Program-made: the position numbers and the translations under genes
Part shown: positions 28,878 to 37,554 of the stretch, one piece after another
How the letters are laid out: each line of letters begins with the position of its first letter
How positions within the stretch are numbered: position 1 is the first letter of the stretch
NCBI GenBank assembly: GCA_046339595.1
Contig: JBKDUF010000096.1
Location: forward strand, 18,207-82,206
DNA length: 64,000 nucleotides
Direction: 5' to 3'
Origin: Betaproteobacteria bacterium
Lineage (GTDB): Bacteria; Pseudomonadota; Gammaproteobacteria; Burkholderiales; SG8-41
The notes under the pieces: generated by a model
Databases searched by the model: none
What the model was told of the DNA's origin: nothing
What the model saw: only the letters and a program-made list of their open reading frames with translations

Positions 28878-29579
28878 ATGGTCACAATAGCCGGGAACTT
28901 GCAAGCCGTGAAGCAGCGCATCGCACAGGCCGCAGCGGCTGCAAACCGCCCGTCACAAAGCATTCAACTGCTCGCCGTCAGCAAAACTTTCGGCGTTGCC
29001 GAAATCGAGGCTGCATGGCAGGCCGGACAACACGCCTTCGGCGAAAATTTCGTGCAGGAAAGCCTGGCGAAAATCGCAGCGCTGCAGCGGCTCGGCATCG
29101 AATGGCATTTCATCGGGCCGCTCCAGAGCAACAAGACACGGCCGGTGGCTGAACACTTCGCCTGGGTGCACAGCCTCGAACGCGACAAGATCGCGCGCCG
29201 CCTGAATGACGCGCGGCCCCCGCAGCTGCCGCCGCTCAACGTGCTGGTACAGGTCAACGTCAGCGGCGAAACCAGCAAGAGCGGCGTGGTTCCCGGTGAA
29301 GAGCGCGCACTCGCCGACGCCATCGCCGGACTGCCGCGGCTGCGCCTGCGCGGACTGATGACCATCCCCGAGCCCACCGACGATCCGGCCCTGCTGCGCG
29401 CCCGGTTCGCAAGGCTTCGCGCACTGTTCGAGGCCCTGCGCACCGAACACCCGGATATCGATACGCTGTCCATGGGCATGTCAGCCGACCTTGAGGCGGC
29501 CATCGCCGAGGGCTCGACCCTGGTACGCGTGGGTACGGCCATTTTCGGCACGCGCCCGGCTCCTGCTGGCACTGCCTGA
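28878..29579 (+). CDS. yggS: PLP homeostasis protein YggS (UPF0001)
   Basis: Internal ATG of ORF 28584..29579 (MVTIAGNLQAVKQRI). Has the PLP-lysine context LLAVSKTF and a C-terminal LSMGMSADLEAAI. Confidence 0.9.
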   Translation: MVTIAGNLQAVKQRIAQAAAAANRPSQSIQLLAVSKTFGVAEIEAAWQAGQHAFGENFVQESLAKIAALQRLGIEWHFIGPLQSNKTRPVAEHFAWVHSLERDKIARRLNDARPPQLPPLNVLVQVNVSGETSKSGVVPGEERALADAIAGLPRLRLRGLMTIPEPTDDPALLRARFARLRALFEALRTEHPDIDTLSMGMSADLEAAIAEGSTLVRVGTAIFGTRPAPAGTA

Positions 29580-29590
29580 GCCGCGGTCCG

Positions 29591-29596
29591 TATAAT
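29591..29596 (+). promoter_or_regulatory. Candidate -10 box (TATAAT) upstream of proC
   Basis: CCGTATAATCCCGG lies 47 nt before the proC ATG at 29644. Pattern match only. Confidence 0.35.
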
Positions 29597-29643
29597 CCCG
29601 GCTCAACCGTCCAATGCGGACGATTCCACCGGCAACACCCACC

Positions 29644-30468
29644 ATGAATATCCTGTTCATCGGCGGCGGCAACATGGCCGCCGCGATCATCGGCGGCCTC
29701 ATTGCCAAGGGCTGGCCCGCGGCCAGCCTGTGCGCGGTGGATGTTGTACCCGCCGCGCTTGAGGTACTGCGCAGGCGCTACGGCATCCGTACCGCAGGCG
29801 ACGGTGCCGCGGAAGCTCTGCGGGCGGATTGCGTGGTGCTCGCGGTCAAGCCGCAGCAGCTGCGCGAAGTGGCCCGGGGACTGGCGCCGTCAGCCGATGA
29901 CCGGCTGGTGCTGAGCATCGCCGCCGGCATCCGCAGTGCCGACCTCGCACGCTGGCTGGGCGGCAAAGCGCGCGTGGTGCGGGCGATGCCCAACACGCCG
30001 GCACTGGTGGGCGCCGGAATCAGCGGCCTTTTTGCCATGCCCGGCGTCAGCGCCGGCGACCGCAGCCGCGCCGAAAGCGTGCTGTCCGCGGTGGGAGAAA
30101 CCTTCTGGGTGGAGGACGAGGCCGCGCTCGATGCGGTCACCGCGGTCTCCGGCAGCGGCCCCGCCTATGTGTTCTATTTGATCGAGGCCCTGGAACAGGC
30201 TGCGCGTGAACTGGGCCTGCCTCAAGACAGCGCGCGGCGCAGCGCCCTCGCAACCTTCGCCGGCGCGGTCAAGCTCGCGACTTCCGACGGCAGCGATCCG
30301 GCAACCCTGCGCGCCCGCGTGACTTCGAAGGGCGGCACCACCGAGCGCGCCATTGCATTGCTCGATGCCGCGGGGGTGAAAGCTGCGATGGTCAAAGCGG
30401 TGCAAGGCGCGCGGCTGCGCGCGGCTGAAATGGGCGATGAGCTGGGACGTGACGGCAACGGCGGGTGA
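29644..30468 (+). CDS. proC: Pyrroline-5-carboxylate reductase
   Basis: MNILFIGGGNMAAAIIGGL (Rossmann) and a C-terminal VTSKGGTTERAI motif. Confidence 0.93.
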   Translation: MNILFIGGGNMAAAIIGGLIAKGWPAASLCAVDVVPAALEVLRRRYGIRTAGDGAAEALRADCVVLAVKPQQLREVARGLAPSADDRLVLSIAAGIRSADLARWLGGKARVVRAMPNTPALVGAGISGLFAMPGVSAGDRSRAESVLSAVGETFWVEDEAALDAVTAVSGSGPAYVFYLIEALEQAARELGLPQDSARRSALATFAGAVKLATSDGSDPATLRARVTSKGGTTERAIALLDAAGVKAAMVKAVQGARLRAAEMGDELGRDGNGG

Positions 30469-31049
30469 CCATGCTCGGTGAAACCCTGATTTTCCTGGCG
30501 CAGGTGGTGTTCGGCCTGCTCACGATCGCACTGCTGCTGCGCTTCTACCTGCAGTGGGTGCGCGCGCCCTACCGCAACCCGCTGGCCGATTTCGTCAATG
30601 CCCTGAGCGATTTCATGGTGAAGCCGGCGCGACGGGTGATCCCGGGGCTGTGGGGCATTGATCTGCCGACGCTGCTGCTCGCCTGGGTGATCCAGCTGCT
30701 GGAATGGCTTGCCGTTCTGCAGATCCGCGGCTGGCGCTGGCAACAGGACATCGGCATCGCTGTCCTGGCACTGGCGGCGCTCGCTGTGATCGCCGTGGCC
30801 AAAACACTGGTCTACATCGTGCTCTTTGCGACACTGCTGCAGGCGCTGCTGTCCTGGATCAATCCGGGCAGTCCGGTGGCGCCGCTGCTCGACGCAATGA
30901 GCCGGCCTTTCCTGGGCGTTTTCCGCCGCCGCATCCCGCCGGTTGGCGGCGTCGACCTGTCGCCGCTGTTTCTGATCGTGGCCTGCCAGCTGCTGCTGAT
31001 GCTGCCGCTGGCCTGGCTCGAATCCGAGGCCCTGCGCCTGCTGCGCTGA
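30465..31049 (+). CDS. YggT family membrane protein
   Basis: Two YGGT-like repeats in a small membrane protein. yggS-proC-yggT synteny is conserved. Start is either GTG 30465 (overlapping the proC stop) or ATG 30471. Confidence 0.8.
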   Translation: MTMLGETLIFLAQVVFGLLTIALLLRFYLQWVRAPYRNPLADFVNALSDFMVKPARRVIPGLWGIDLPTLLLAWVIQLLEWLAVLQIRGWRWQQDIGIAVLALAALAVIAVAKTLVYIVLFATLLQALLSWINPGSPVAPLLDAMSRPFLGVFRRRIPPVGGVDLSPLFLIVACQLLLMLPLAWLESEALRLLR

Positions 31050-31058
31050 TCACCATCT

Positions 31059-32501
31059 CTAGTCGGCATCCTCGCTGCCGCGCCGTACCCGCCAGGCGCG
31101 AACCAGCAGGGTCAGCCCAATCCACAACGCCAGCACCGCCAACGGCACGGTCACCGCGAGCGGCATGACCAGGGCAAGCATCGCAAACAGCAGGAAGGCC
31201 AGCGCACCACCGCCCATCATGCCGGCCTCGGCTGGACCCAGGATGCGGCGGTTGGCGAAAGCGGCACCAACGGTGTTGCCGATACGCAGCGCCCCTGCTG
31301 CCGCCCTTGCCGCCCCTCCGCCGCGACCGCCGCTGCGGGGCAAGGCGCTTTCAGCCCGGCTCACCCGGTGGCGGGGACCCAGTACGATTTCCGTGGCATT
31401 GCCCAGGTCCTCCGCGTACATCGCCTGCATCTGCGCGCCGGCCTGCGCGTCATCGAGTGCGATGTCGAGTTCGTAGTTGCTGATCCAGCTGGCCAGATTC
31501 AGATTGCTGGAGCCGACACGCGCCCAGCGCCCGTCAGCAACGGCAGTCTTGGCGTGCAGCATGGGGCCGTTCCACTCGAACACCCGTACACCGGCTTCCA
31601 GCAGGGGACGGTAACCGGCGCGCGAAAAGCGGCCCACCATCGGCAGGTCACTCACCCCCGGGACCAGCAGGCGCACATCCACGCCGTCGCGCGCGGCAGC
31701 ACGCAAGGCTTCGACATAGGTCGGAATACCGACGAAATAGGCATCGGTCAGCCACAGCGACTCGCGGGCGATCGCCGCAATCATCTGGTCCATGCGGTAG
31801 AGCCCTGCCAGGCTGGGCTGGGCTGCCAGCACGCGCAATGCAACGGCGCCCGCGGCAACCGGCAACGGCGCATCAATATCCAGTGCGGGGCCGCCGCAGG
31901 CGCTCCAGGTCTGGGCAAACGCACGCACGATGTCGGCGACTGCCGGGCCGCGGATCTCGACCCCGGTATCCCGCCACGGCGGAATCCCCCGCGGCGGATC
32001 GCCGGCCCAGCGCCGGGACACGCAGAGCCCGGACACGAAGCCGCTTTCGCCATCCACCGCCAGCATCTTGCGATGGTCGCGGGTCAGCCAACCGAAGGGG
32101 CTGTCCAGCCTTGGCGGATTGAAGCAGCGCACCTCGGCCCCGGCTTCGGCGAGCGGCTCGAGCAGTCGCGCGCTGCCGATGCCGAGCCCGCCCATCCAGT
32201 CATAGATCACGCGCACGGCAACACCCGCCCGCGCGCGTTCGGCAAGGGCCTCGGCAAAGCTGCGGCCGACGACATCGTCGGCTATGAGGTAATTCTCGAA
32301 CAGAACCGAATGCCGTGCGGCGGCAATCGCAGCGAGCCAGGCCGGATAGTTCTCGGTGGCGTCGCGCAGCAGGCGCACGGCATTGCCGCCCCGCAGGGCG
32401 GCACCGGCAGCCCGTGACAGCATGCCTTCGGCCGCGAGCCGAAGTTCCGCAGCCGGTCCGGCAGGGGCAGCGCGACGGGGCGGAGCGGGCGTCTGGTTCA
32501 T
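31059..32501 (-). CDS. Phospholipase D / cardiolipin synthase-like protein with C-terminal membrane anchor
   Basis: Two HKD motifs (HRKMLAVDG and LHAKTAVADGRWARVGSSNLN). The C-terminus has hydrophobic helices. Confidence 0.8.
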   Translation of the reverse strand: MNQTPAPPRRAAPAGPAAELRLAAEGMLSRAAGAALRGGNAVRLLRDATENYPAWLAAIAAARHSVLFENYLIADDVVGRSFAEALAERARAGVAVRVIYDWMGGLGIGSARLLEPLAEAGAEVRCFNPPRLDSPFGWLTRDHRKMLAVDGESGFVSGLCVSRRWAGDPPRGIPPWRDTGVEIRGPAVADIVRAFAQTWSACGGPALDIDAPLPVAAGAVALRVLAAQPSLAGLYRMDQMIAAIARESLWLTDAYFVGIPTYVEALRAAARDGVDVRLLVPGVSDLPMVGRFSRAGYRPLLEAGVRVFEWNGPMLHAKTAVADGRWARVGSSNLNLASWISNYELDIALDDAQAGAQMQAMYAEDLGNATEIVLGPRHRVSRAESALPRSGGRGGGAARAAAGALRIGNTVGAAFANRRILGPAEAGMMGGGALAFLLFAMLALVMPLAVTVPLAVLALWIGLTLLVRAWRVRRGSEDAD

Positions 32502-32513
32502 CGCGGCCTCGCG

Positions 32514-33968
32514 CTACATCAGCACGATGTCGAACTGTTCCTGGTTGTAGGCCGACTCGACCTGGAGCGAAATCGGTTTGCCGATGAAATCCGAAAGCAT
32601 TGCCAGGTTGTGTGATTCCTCATCGAGAAACATGTCGATCACCTGCTGCGAGGCGAGGATGCGGAATTCCCGCGCCTCGAACTGGCGGGATTCGCGCAGG
32701 ATCTCGCGCAGCACCTCGTAGCACACCGTCTGGGCGGTTTTCAGTTCGCCGCGCCCTGAGCACACCGGGCAGGGTTCGCACAGCACGTGGGCAAGGCTTT
32801 CACGGGTGCGCTTGCGCGTCATTTCAACCAGGCCGAGCTGGGTGAATCCGTTCACCGTCATCCGCGTGCGATCACGCGCCAGCGCCTTGCGGAATTCATT
32901 GAGCACCGCATTGCGGTGCTCCTCGCTGTCCATGTCGATGAAATCGATGATGACGATGCCGCCGAGGTTGCGCAGACGCAGCTGGCGAGCGATCACCTGC
33001 GAAGCCTCGAGGTTGGTCTTGAAGATGGTGTCATCAAAGCTGCGGCCGCCGACAAACCCCCCGGTGTTGACATCCACCGTGGTCAACGCTTCGGTCTGGT
33101 CGATGATCAGATAACCGCCCGACTTGAGATCCACGCGGCGAGCCAGCGCCCGCTCGATGTCGGCCTCGACATTGTGCAGGTCAAAGAGCGGCCGCGCCCC
33201 CTGGTAATGGGTCAGCCCGGGCAGCACATTGGGGGTGAAACTCGCCGCAAACTGGCTCATGGCCTGATAAGTCTCGCGCGAGTCGACAAAAATCCGGCCG
33301 GTTTCCTCGTGGGCGAAATCGCGCAGCACGCGCAGACTCAGCGGCAGGTCGCGGTAGAGCAGGGCCAGCGGCGCGGCGGTGGCAGCCTGGGCCTGGATGT
33401 CGAGCCACAGCTTGCGCAGATACTCGACGTCGGCGGCCAGCTCGCGATCGCTGGCCGCCTCGGCCACGGTGCGTATGATGTAACCGCCCCTTTCGTCGGC
33501 AGGCAACAGCTGCTGCAGCTTCTCGCGCAGGTGGACACGCTCCTCCTCGTCCTCGATGCGCTGTGAGATGCCGATGTGGGATTCCTGCGGCAGGTAGACC
33601 AGCAGGCGGCCGGCGATGCTGATCTGGGTGGACAGGCGTGCGCCTTTGGTGCCGATGGGATCCTTGATCACCTGCACCATCAGGTTCTGGCCTTCGTTGA
33701 GCAGCCGCTCGATGGGCTGGCCGGGCTCGCCATTGACGCGGTTGCCCCAGATGTCCGCGACATGGAGAAAGGCTGCGCGTTCGCCGCCGATGTCAACGAA
33801 GGCCGACTGCATTCCAGGCAGCACCCGCACCACGCGGCCCATGTAGATGTTGCCGACGAAGCCGCGGGAGGAGGCACGCTCGACATGCAGTTCCTGGGTC
33901 ACGCCGTGTTCGATCAGCGCGACGCGGGTTTCCTGCGGCGTGACATTGATCAGGATGTCTTCGCTCAT
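32514..33968 (-). CDS. rng: Ribonuclease G
   Basis: S1 domain GNIYMGRVVRVLPGMQSAFVDIG and the RNase E/G catalytic core (LIIDQTEALTTVDVNTG). 484 aa. Confidence 0.93.
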   Translation of the reverse strand: MSEDILINVTPQETRVALIEHGVTQELHVERASSRGFVGNIYMGRVVRVLPGMQSAFVDIGGERAAFLHVADIWGNRVNGEPGQPIERLLNEGQNLMVQVIKDPIGTKGARLSTQISIAGRLLVYLPQESHIGISQRIEDEEERVHLREKLQQLLPADERGGYIIRTVAEAASDRELAADVEYLRKLWLDIQAQAATAAPLALLYRDLPLSLRVLRDFAHEETGRIFVDSRETYQAMSQFAASFTPNVLPGLTHYQGARPLFDLHNVEADIERALARRVDLKSGGYLIIDQTEALTTVDVNTGGFVGGRSFDDTIFKTNLEASQVIARQLRLRNLGGIVIIDFIDMDSEEHRNAVLNEFRKALARDRTRMTVNGFTQLGLVEMTRKRTRESLAHVLCEPCPVCSGRGELKTAQTVCYEVLREILRESRQFEAREFRILASQQVIDMFLDEESHNLAMLSDFIGKPISLQVESAYNQEQFDIVLM

Positions 33969-33977
33969 GACCGAATT

Positions 33978-34595
33978 TCAGGGAATGCTGATGCCGTGCA
34001 CACGCAGCAGGTCGGCGGTTTCGGCCAGCGGAAGGCCCATGATACCGGAGTAGCTGCCCTCGATCCGCGTGATGAACGCGGCGGCCATGCCCTGCACCGC
34101 ATAGGCGCCGGCCTTGTCCAAAGGCTCCCCGCCGGCGATGTAACGGCGGATTTCGGCGGGGTCCAGCGCGCGAAACCACACCCGGGAAATGCTGAGCCTG
34201 GTCTCCAGCTGCCCGCCAAGGGCCACGGCCACTGCGGTCATGACATGATGGCTGGATCCCGCCAGCCGGGAGAGCATCTGCGCGGCATCGGCGGCGTCGC
34301 GCGGCTTGCCGAAGATGTCGCCATCGCAGACCACCGTGGTGTCGGCTGCCAGCACCGGCCGCAGCGGAGCATGGCGCGCAGCGGCAATGCCATTTCCCGC
34401 ACGCGCCTTGTCCGTGGCCACGCGCAGCACGTAATCCTCGGCCGCCTCTGCCTGATGCGGCGTCTCGTCGACATCGGCGGGCCGTCCCGCCCGTTCGCGC
34501 AGGGTCAGCAGTTCGAAGGAAACGCCGATCTGGCGCAGCAGTTCGCGGCGGCGCGGGCTTCGGGATGCAAGATAGATGCCGCGGTTGGCCATCAC
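33978..34595 (-). CDS. maf: Maf-like nucleoside triphosphate pyrophosphatase
   Basis: LASRSPRRRELL N-terminal motif and AGAYAVQG near the C-terminus. Confidence 0.9.
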   Translation of the reverse strand: MMANRGIYLASRSPRRRELLRQIGVSFELLTLRERAGRPADVDETPHQAEAAEDYVLRVATDKARAGNGIAAARHAPLRPVLAADTTVVCDGDIFGKPRDAADAAQMLSRLAGSSHHVMTAVAVALGGQLETRLSISRVWFRALDPAEIRRYIAGGEPLDKAGAYAVQGMAAAFITRIEGSYSGIMGLPLAETADLLRVHGISIP

Positions 34596-34601
34596 GTCCT
34601 T

Positions 34602-35075
34602 TCAGTCCCTGTGATAGGGGTGACCGGAAAGCAGGCTGAATGCCCGGTAGAGCTGCTCGGCGAGTATCACCCGCACCAGACCGTGCGGCAGCGTCAGCGG
34701 CGACAGCGACCACAGCAGGCTGGCTCCCTGCTTGATGCGCGGTGACAGTCCGTCGGCACCGCCGATCACAAACGCAAGATCGCGCCCCTCGCCCCGCCAT
34801 TGACCGAGCTGCCGGGCGAGCTCGCGCGTGGTCAGCTCCCGGCCGCGCTCATCCAGCACGATACGGATGGAGTCCCTGGGAAGCGCCTCCTCGATACGCC
34901 CGGCCTCGATTTCGAGCCAGCGTCCGGACTCGCCACCGCTTGCAGGGCGGGGCGCCGGCTTCAGTGCCCTTAACTGCAACGGCATCTCGCGCGGCATGCG
35001 CTTGGCGTAGTCGGCGAACGCGGCATCGACCCAGTCCGGCATGCGGTGGCCGACGGCGATGACCGTCAACTTCAC
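34602..35075 (-). CDS. rlmH: 23S rRNA (pseudouridine1915-N3)-methyltransferase RlmH
   Basis: GTG start at 35075 overlaps the rsfS stop (VKLTVIAVGHRMPDW). SPOUT C-terminus FVIGGADGL...LSLSPLTLPHGLVRVIL. Confidence 0.9.
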   Translation of the reverse strand: MKLTVIAVGHRMPDWVDAAFADYAKRMPREMPLQLRALKPAPRPASGGESGRWLEIEAGRIEEALPRDSIRIVLDERGRELTTRELARQLGQWRGEGRDLAFVIGGADGLSPRIKQGASLLWSLSPLTLPHGLVRVILAEQLYRAFSLLSGHPYHRD

Positions 35076-35470
35076 GCCGTGGCGCGGCCGGGCGTCTTGC
35101 GGGCTGCGGTCTTGCGCGCGGGACGTTTGGGCGGTGCGCCCCAGATTTCCTCGAGGTTGTAGTACTGGCGGATGGCAGGCTGCATGACATGCACCACCAC
35201 GGCGCCGAGATCGACAAGAACCCATTCACCGGTCTGCGCGCCCTCCATGCCGTGAACGTGACCGCCCGCCTTCTTGATTTCCTCACAGACGTTGTGGGCG
35301 AGCGCACGTACCTGGCGGTTGGAGTCGCCGCTGGCAATGATCACCTTGTCAAACAGCGCGGTCATCTTTTTGACATTGAAGGCGACGATGTCCCGCCCCT
35401 TGATGTCCTCCAGGGCTGCGACTGCGATCTTTGCGATTTTTTCTGGGCCCATGCGGGTGTTTTTCCTCAA
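35072..35470 (-). CDS. rsfS: Ribosome silencing factor RsfS
   Basis: ALEDIKGRDIVAFNV...FDKVIIASGDSNRQVRALA is typical of RsfS/Iojap. The start could be an internal ATG at 35452. Confidence 0.88.
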   Translation of the reverse strand: MRKNTRMGPEKIAKIAVAALEDIKGRDIVAFNVKKMTALFDKVIIASGDSNRQVRALAHNVCEEIKKAGGHVHGMEGAQTGEWVLVDLGAVVVHVMQPAIRQYYNLEEIWGAPPKRPARKTAARKTPGRATA

Positions 35471-36123
35471 TCCTGTGAATACAGGCCATGTTCCTGAATA
35501 TATTGAATAACCGCATCGGGCAGCAAGTAACGCGTGGTGGCGCCACGGCGCAGCGAGTCCCGGATCAGCGTCGCCGAGATGTCAAGCGCGGCGATCGGCA
35601 CTACAACGATGCCGCCTGCGGGCGCAGTATGCACTCCCAAAGGCTGCTGCATCAGCCGCGCCTGGTACTCGGCAGCCAGCGGCTGGGGCATTCGCATCTG
35701 CCAGGTATCCACCGGAAAACCCGGGCGATAGGCGACAGCGATGTGTGCAAGGTCGAACAACTGGTGCCAGCGGCTCCAGGTGGCCAGGTCAAGAAAGGCA
35801 TCAGCCCCGGTGAGCAGCACCAGCGGTTGATCCGCTCCGGCCTGCTCGCGCAGTTCCTTCAGCGTGTCCACCGTGTATCCGGGACCGCTGCGGCGGAGTT
35901 CGCGCTCGTCCACGGTGAACAGTGAATTTTCCGCCACGGCCAGGCGCACCATCGCCAGCCGGTCCTCAGCGGTGGCGCCGGGCAACGCGCGGTGCGGCGG
36001 CGTGCCACTGGGGATGAAACGCACCTCGGACAGCCGCAGCTTGTCGGCTGCTTCCTGCGCCAGCCGCAGGTGCCCGTAATGCACGGGGTCAAAGGTGCCG
36101 CCCAGGATGCCGATGGCAGACAT
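35467..36123 (-). CDS. nadD: Nicotinate-nucleotide adenylyltransferase
   Basis: GILGGTFDPVHYGHLRLA (the (H/T)xGH motif). nadD-rsfS-rlmH synteny is conserved. Confidence 0.92.
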   Translation of the reverse strand: MSAIGILGGTFDPVHYGHLRLAQEAADKLRLSEVRFIPSGTPPHRALPGATAEDRLAMVRLAVAENSLFTVDERELRRSGPGYTVDTLKELREQAGADQPLVLLTGADAFLDLATWSRWHQLFDLAHIAVAYRPGFPVDTWQMRMPQPLAAEYQARLMQQPLGVHTAPAGGIVVVPIAALDISATLIRDSLRRGATTRYLLPDAVIQYIQEHGLYSQD

Positions 36124-36222
36124 TAACGGCAGCCTGGAGCGATCAATGATGGCTGATGAGCGGCCGAAGCAACGGTACAGCGACTGTCTTCGGCACCGCG
36201 TTCATGGCTCATCATTCATCGC

Positions 36223-37539
36223 TCAGAGGACCAGCCTCCGTATGTCCGACAGCACGGTGGTCAGGTAGGTGCTGAAGCGGGCGCCCAGTGCGCCGTCGAT
36301 AACGCGGTGATCGTAGGACAGCGATAGCGGCAGCATCAGCCGCGGCGCAAACTCGCGCCCGTTCCAGACCGGTTTGATCGCAGACTTGCTGACACCAAGG
36401 ATAGCCACTTCCGGCGCGTTGATGATCGGCGTGAAATGGGAGCCGCCAATGCCGCCGAGGCTGGAAATCGAAAAACAGCCGCCCTGAAGGTCGGCGGGGG
36501 AAACCTTGCCGTCGCGCATGCGCGCACTGACGTCGGCCAGTTCCTTCGCGATTTCGACCAGGCCCTTCTTGTCGACGTCGCGGATCACCGGGACCACCAG
36601 GCCGTTCGGTGTATCCACCGCCACGCCGATGTGGAAGTAGTTCTTCAGGATCAGGCTTTCGCCATCCGGCGACAGCGAAGCGTTGAATTCGGGAAAACGC
36701 TTGAGCGCAGCCACCGCCGCCTTCATCAGGAAACCGAGCATCGTCAGCTTGACGCCGCTCTTCTTGAGTTCCTCGGCCTGGGCCTTGCGGAAGGCCTCGA
36801 GTTCGGTGATGTCCGCCTCGTCGTTCTGGGTCACGTGCGGGATGCTGACCCAGTTCCGATGCAGGAATCCGCCGGAGATTTTCTTGATGCGCGACAGCGG
36901 CTGGTGGCTGACCGGGCCGAATTTTGCGAAATCCACCGACTGCAGCGGCGGCAGGCTGAGGCCGAGCCCGCCGCCACCCTCGCTGCGGGGACGGCCGAGT
37001 TCGGACTTGACGTAGGACTGCACGTCTTCCTTCAGCACGCGATCCTTGGGACCGCTGCCTTTCACCCGCGACAGGTCAACACCCAGCTCGCGTGCGAATC
37101 TTCGCACCGAGGGACTGGCATGGGAAAGGGCGGCACCGGATTCATCCGCGGCAGCGGGAGCCACGGCCAGAGCAGCCGGCGCTGATGGACGCGGCGCCGG
37201 TACCGGTGCCGGAGCTGCCGCCACCGGCGCCGCGGCGGGCGCAGGAGCAGGGGCAGGGGCAGCCGGGGATGGTGCAGGCTTGGCCTCAGCCGCAGCGTCG
37301 GCGGCCTCCAGCACGAGCACGGGCGCACCTTCGGAAACCTTGTCGCCAACCTTGAGCCGCAGTTCCTTCACCACGCCGGAAGCCGGCGCGGGCACCTCCA
37401 TGGTCGCCTTGTCGGACTCGAGGGTGACCAGCGGATCTTCCGCCATCACCGTATCGCCCGGTTTGACCAGCACCTCGATCACCGGGATATCCTTGAAATC
37501 GCCGATATCCGGCACCTTCACTTCGATCACATTTGCCAT
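36223..37539 (-). CDS. aceF: Pyruvate dehydrogenase complex dihydrolipoamide acetyltransferase (E2)
   Basis: Single lipoyl domain (LESDKATMEVPA), an Ala/Pro linker, a subunit-binding domain (SPSVRRFARELGVDL) and the catalytic DHRVIDGA. Confidence 0.93.
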   Translation of the reverse strand: MANVIEVKVPDIGDFKDIPVIEVLVKPGDTVMAEDPLVTLESDKATMEVPAPASGVVKELRLKVGDKVSEGAPVLVLEAADAAAEAKPAPSPAAPAPAPAPAAAPVAAAPAPVPAPRPSAPAALAVAPAAADESGAALSHASPSVRRFARELGVDLSRVKGSGPKDRVLKEDVQSYVKSELGRPRSEGGGGLGLSLPPLQSVDFAKFGPVSHQPLSRIKKISGGFLHRNWVSIPHVTQNDEADITELEAFRKAQAEELKKSGVKLTMLGFLMKAAVAALKRFPEFNASLSPDGESLILKNYFHIGVAVDTPNGLVVPVIRDVDKKGLVEIAKELADVSARMRDGKVSPADLQGGCFSISSLGGIGGSHFTPIINAPEVAILGVSKSAIKPVWNGREFAPRLMLPLSLSYDHRVIDGALGARFSTYLTTVLSDIRRLVL

Positions 37540-37554
37540 GGCTGGGATTTCCGC

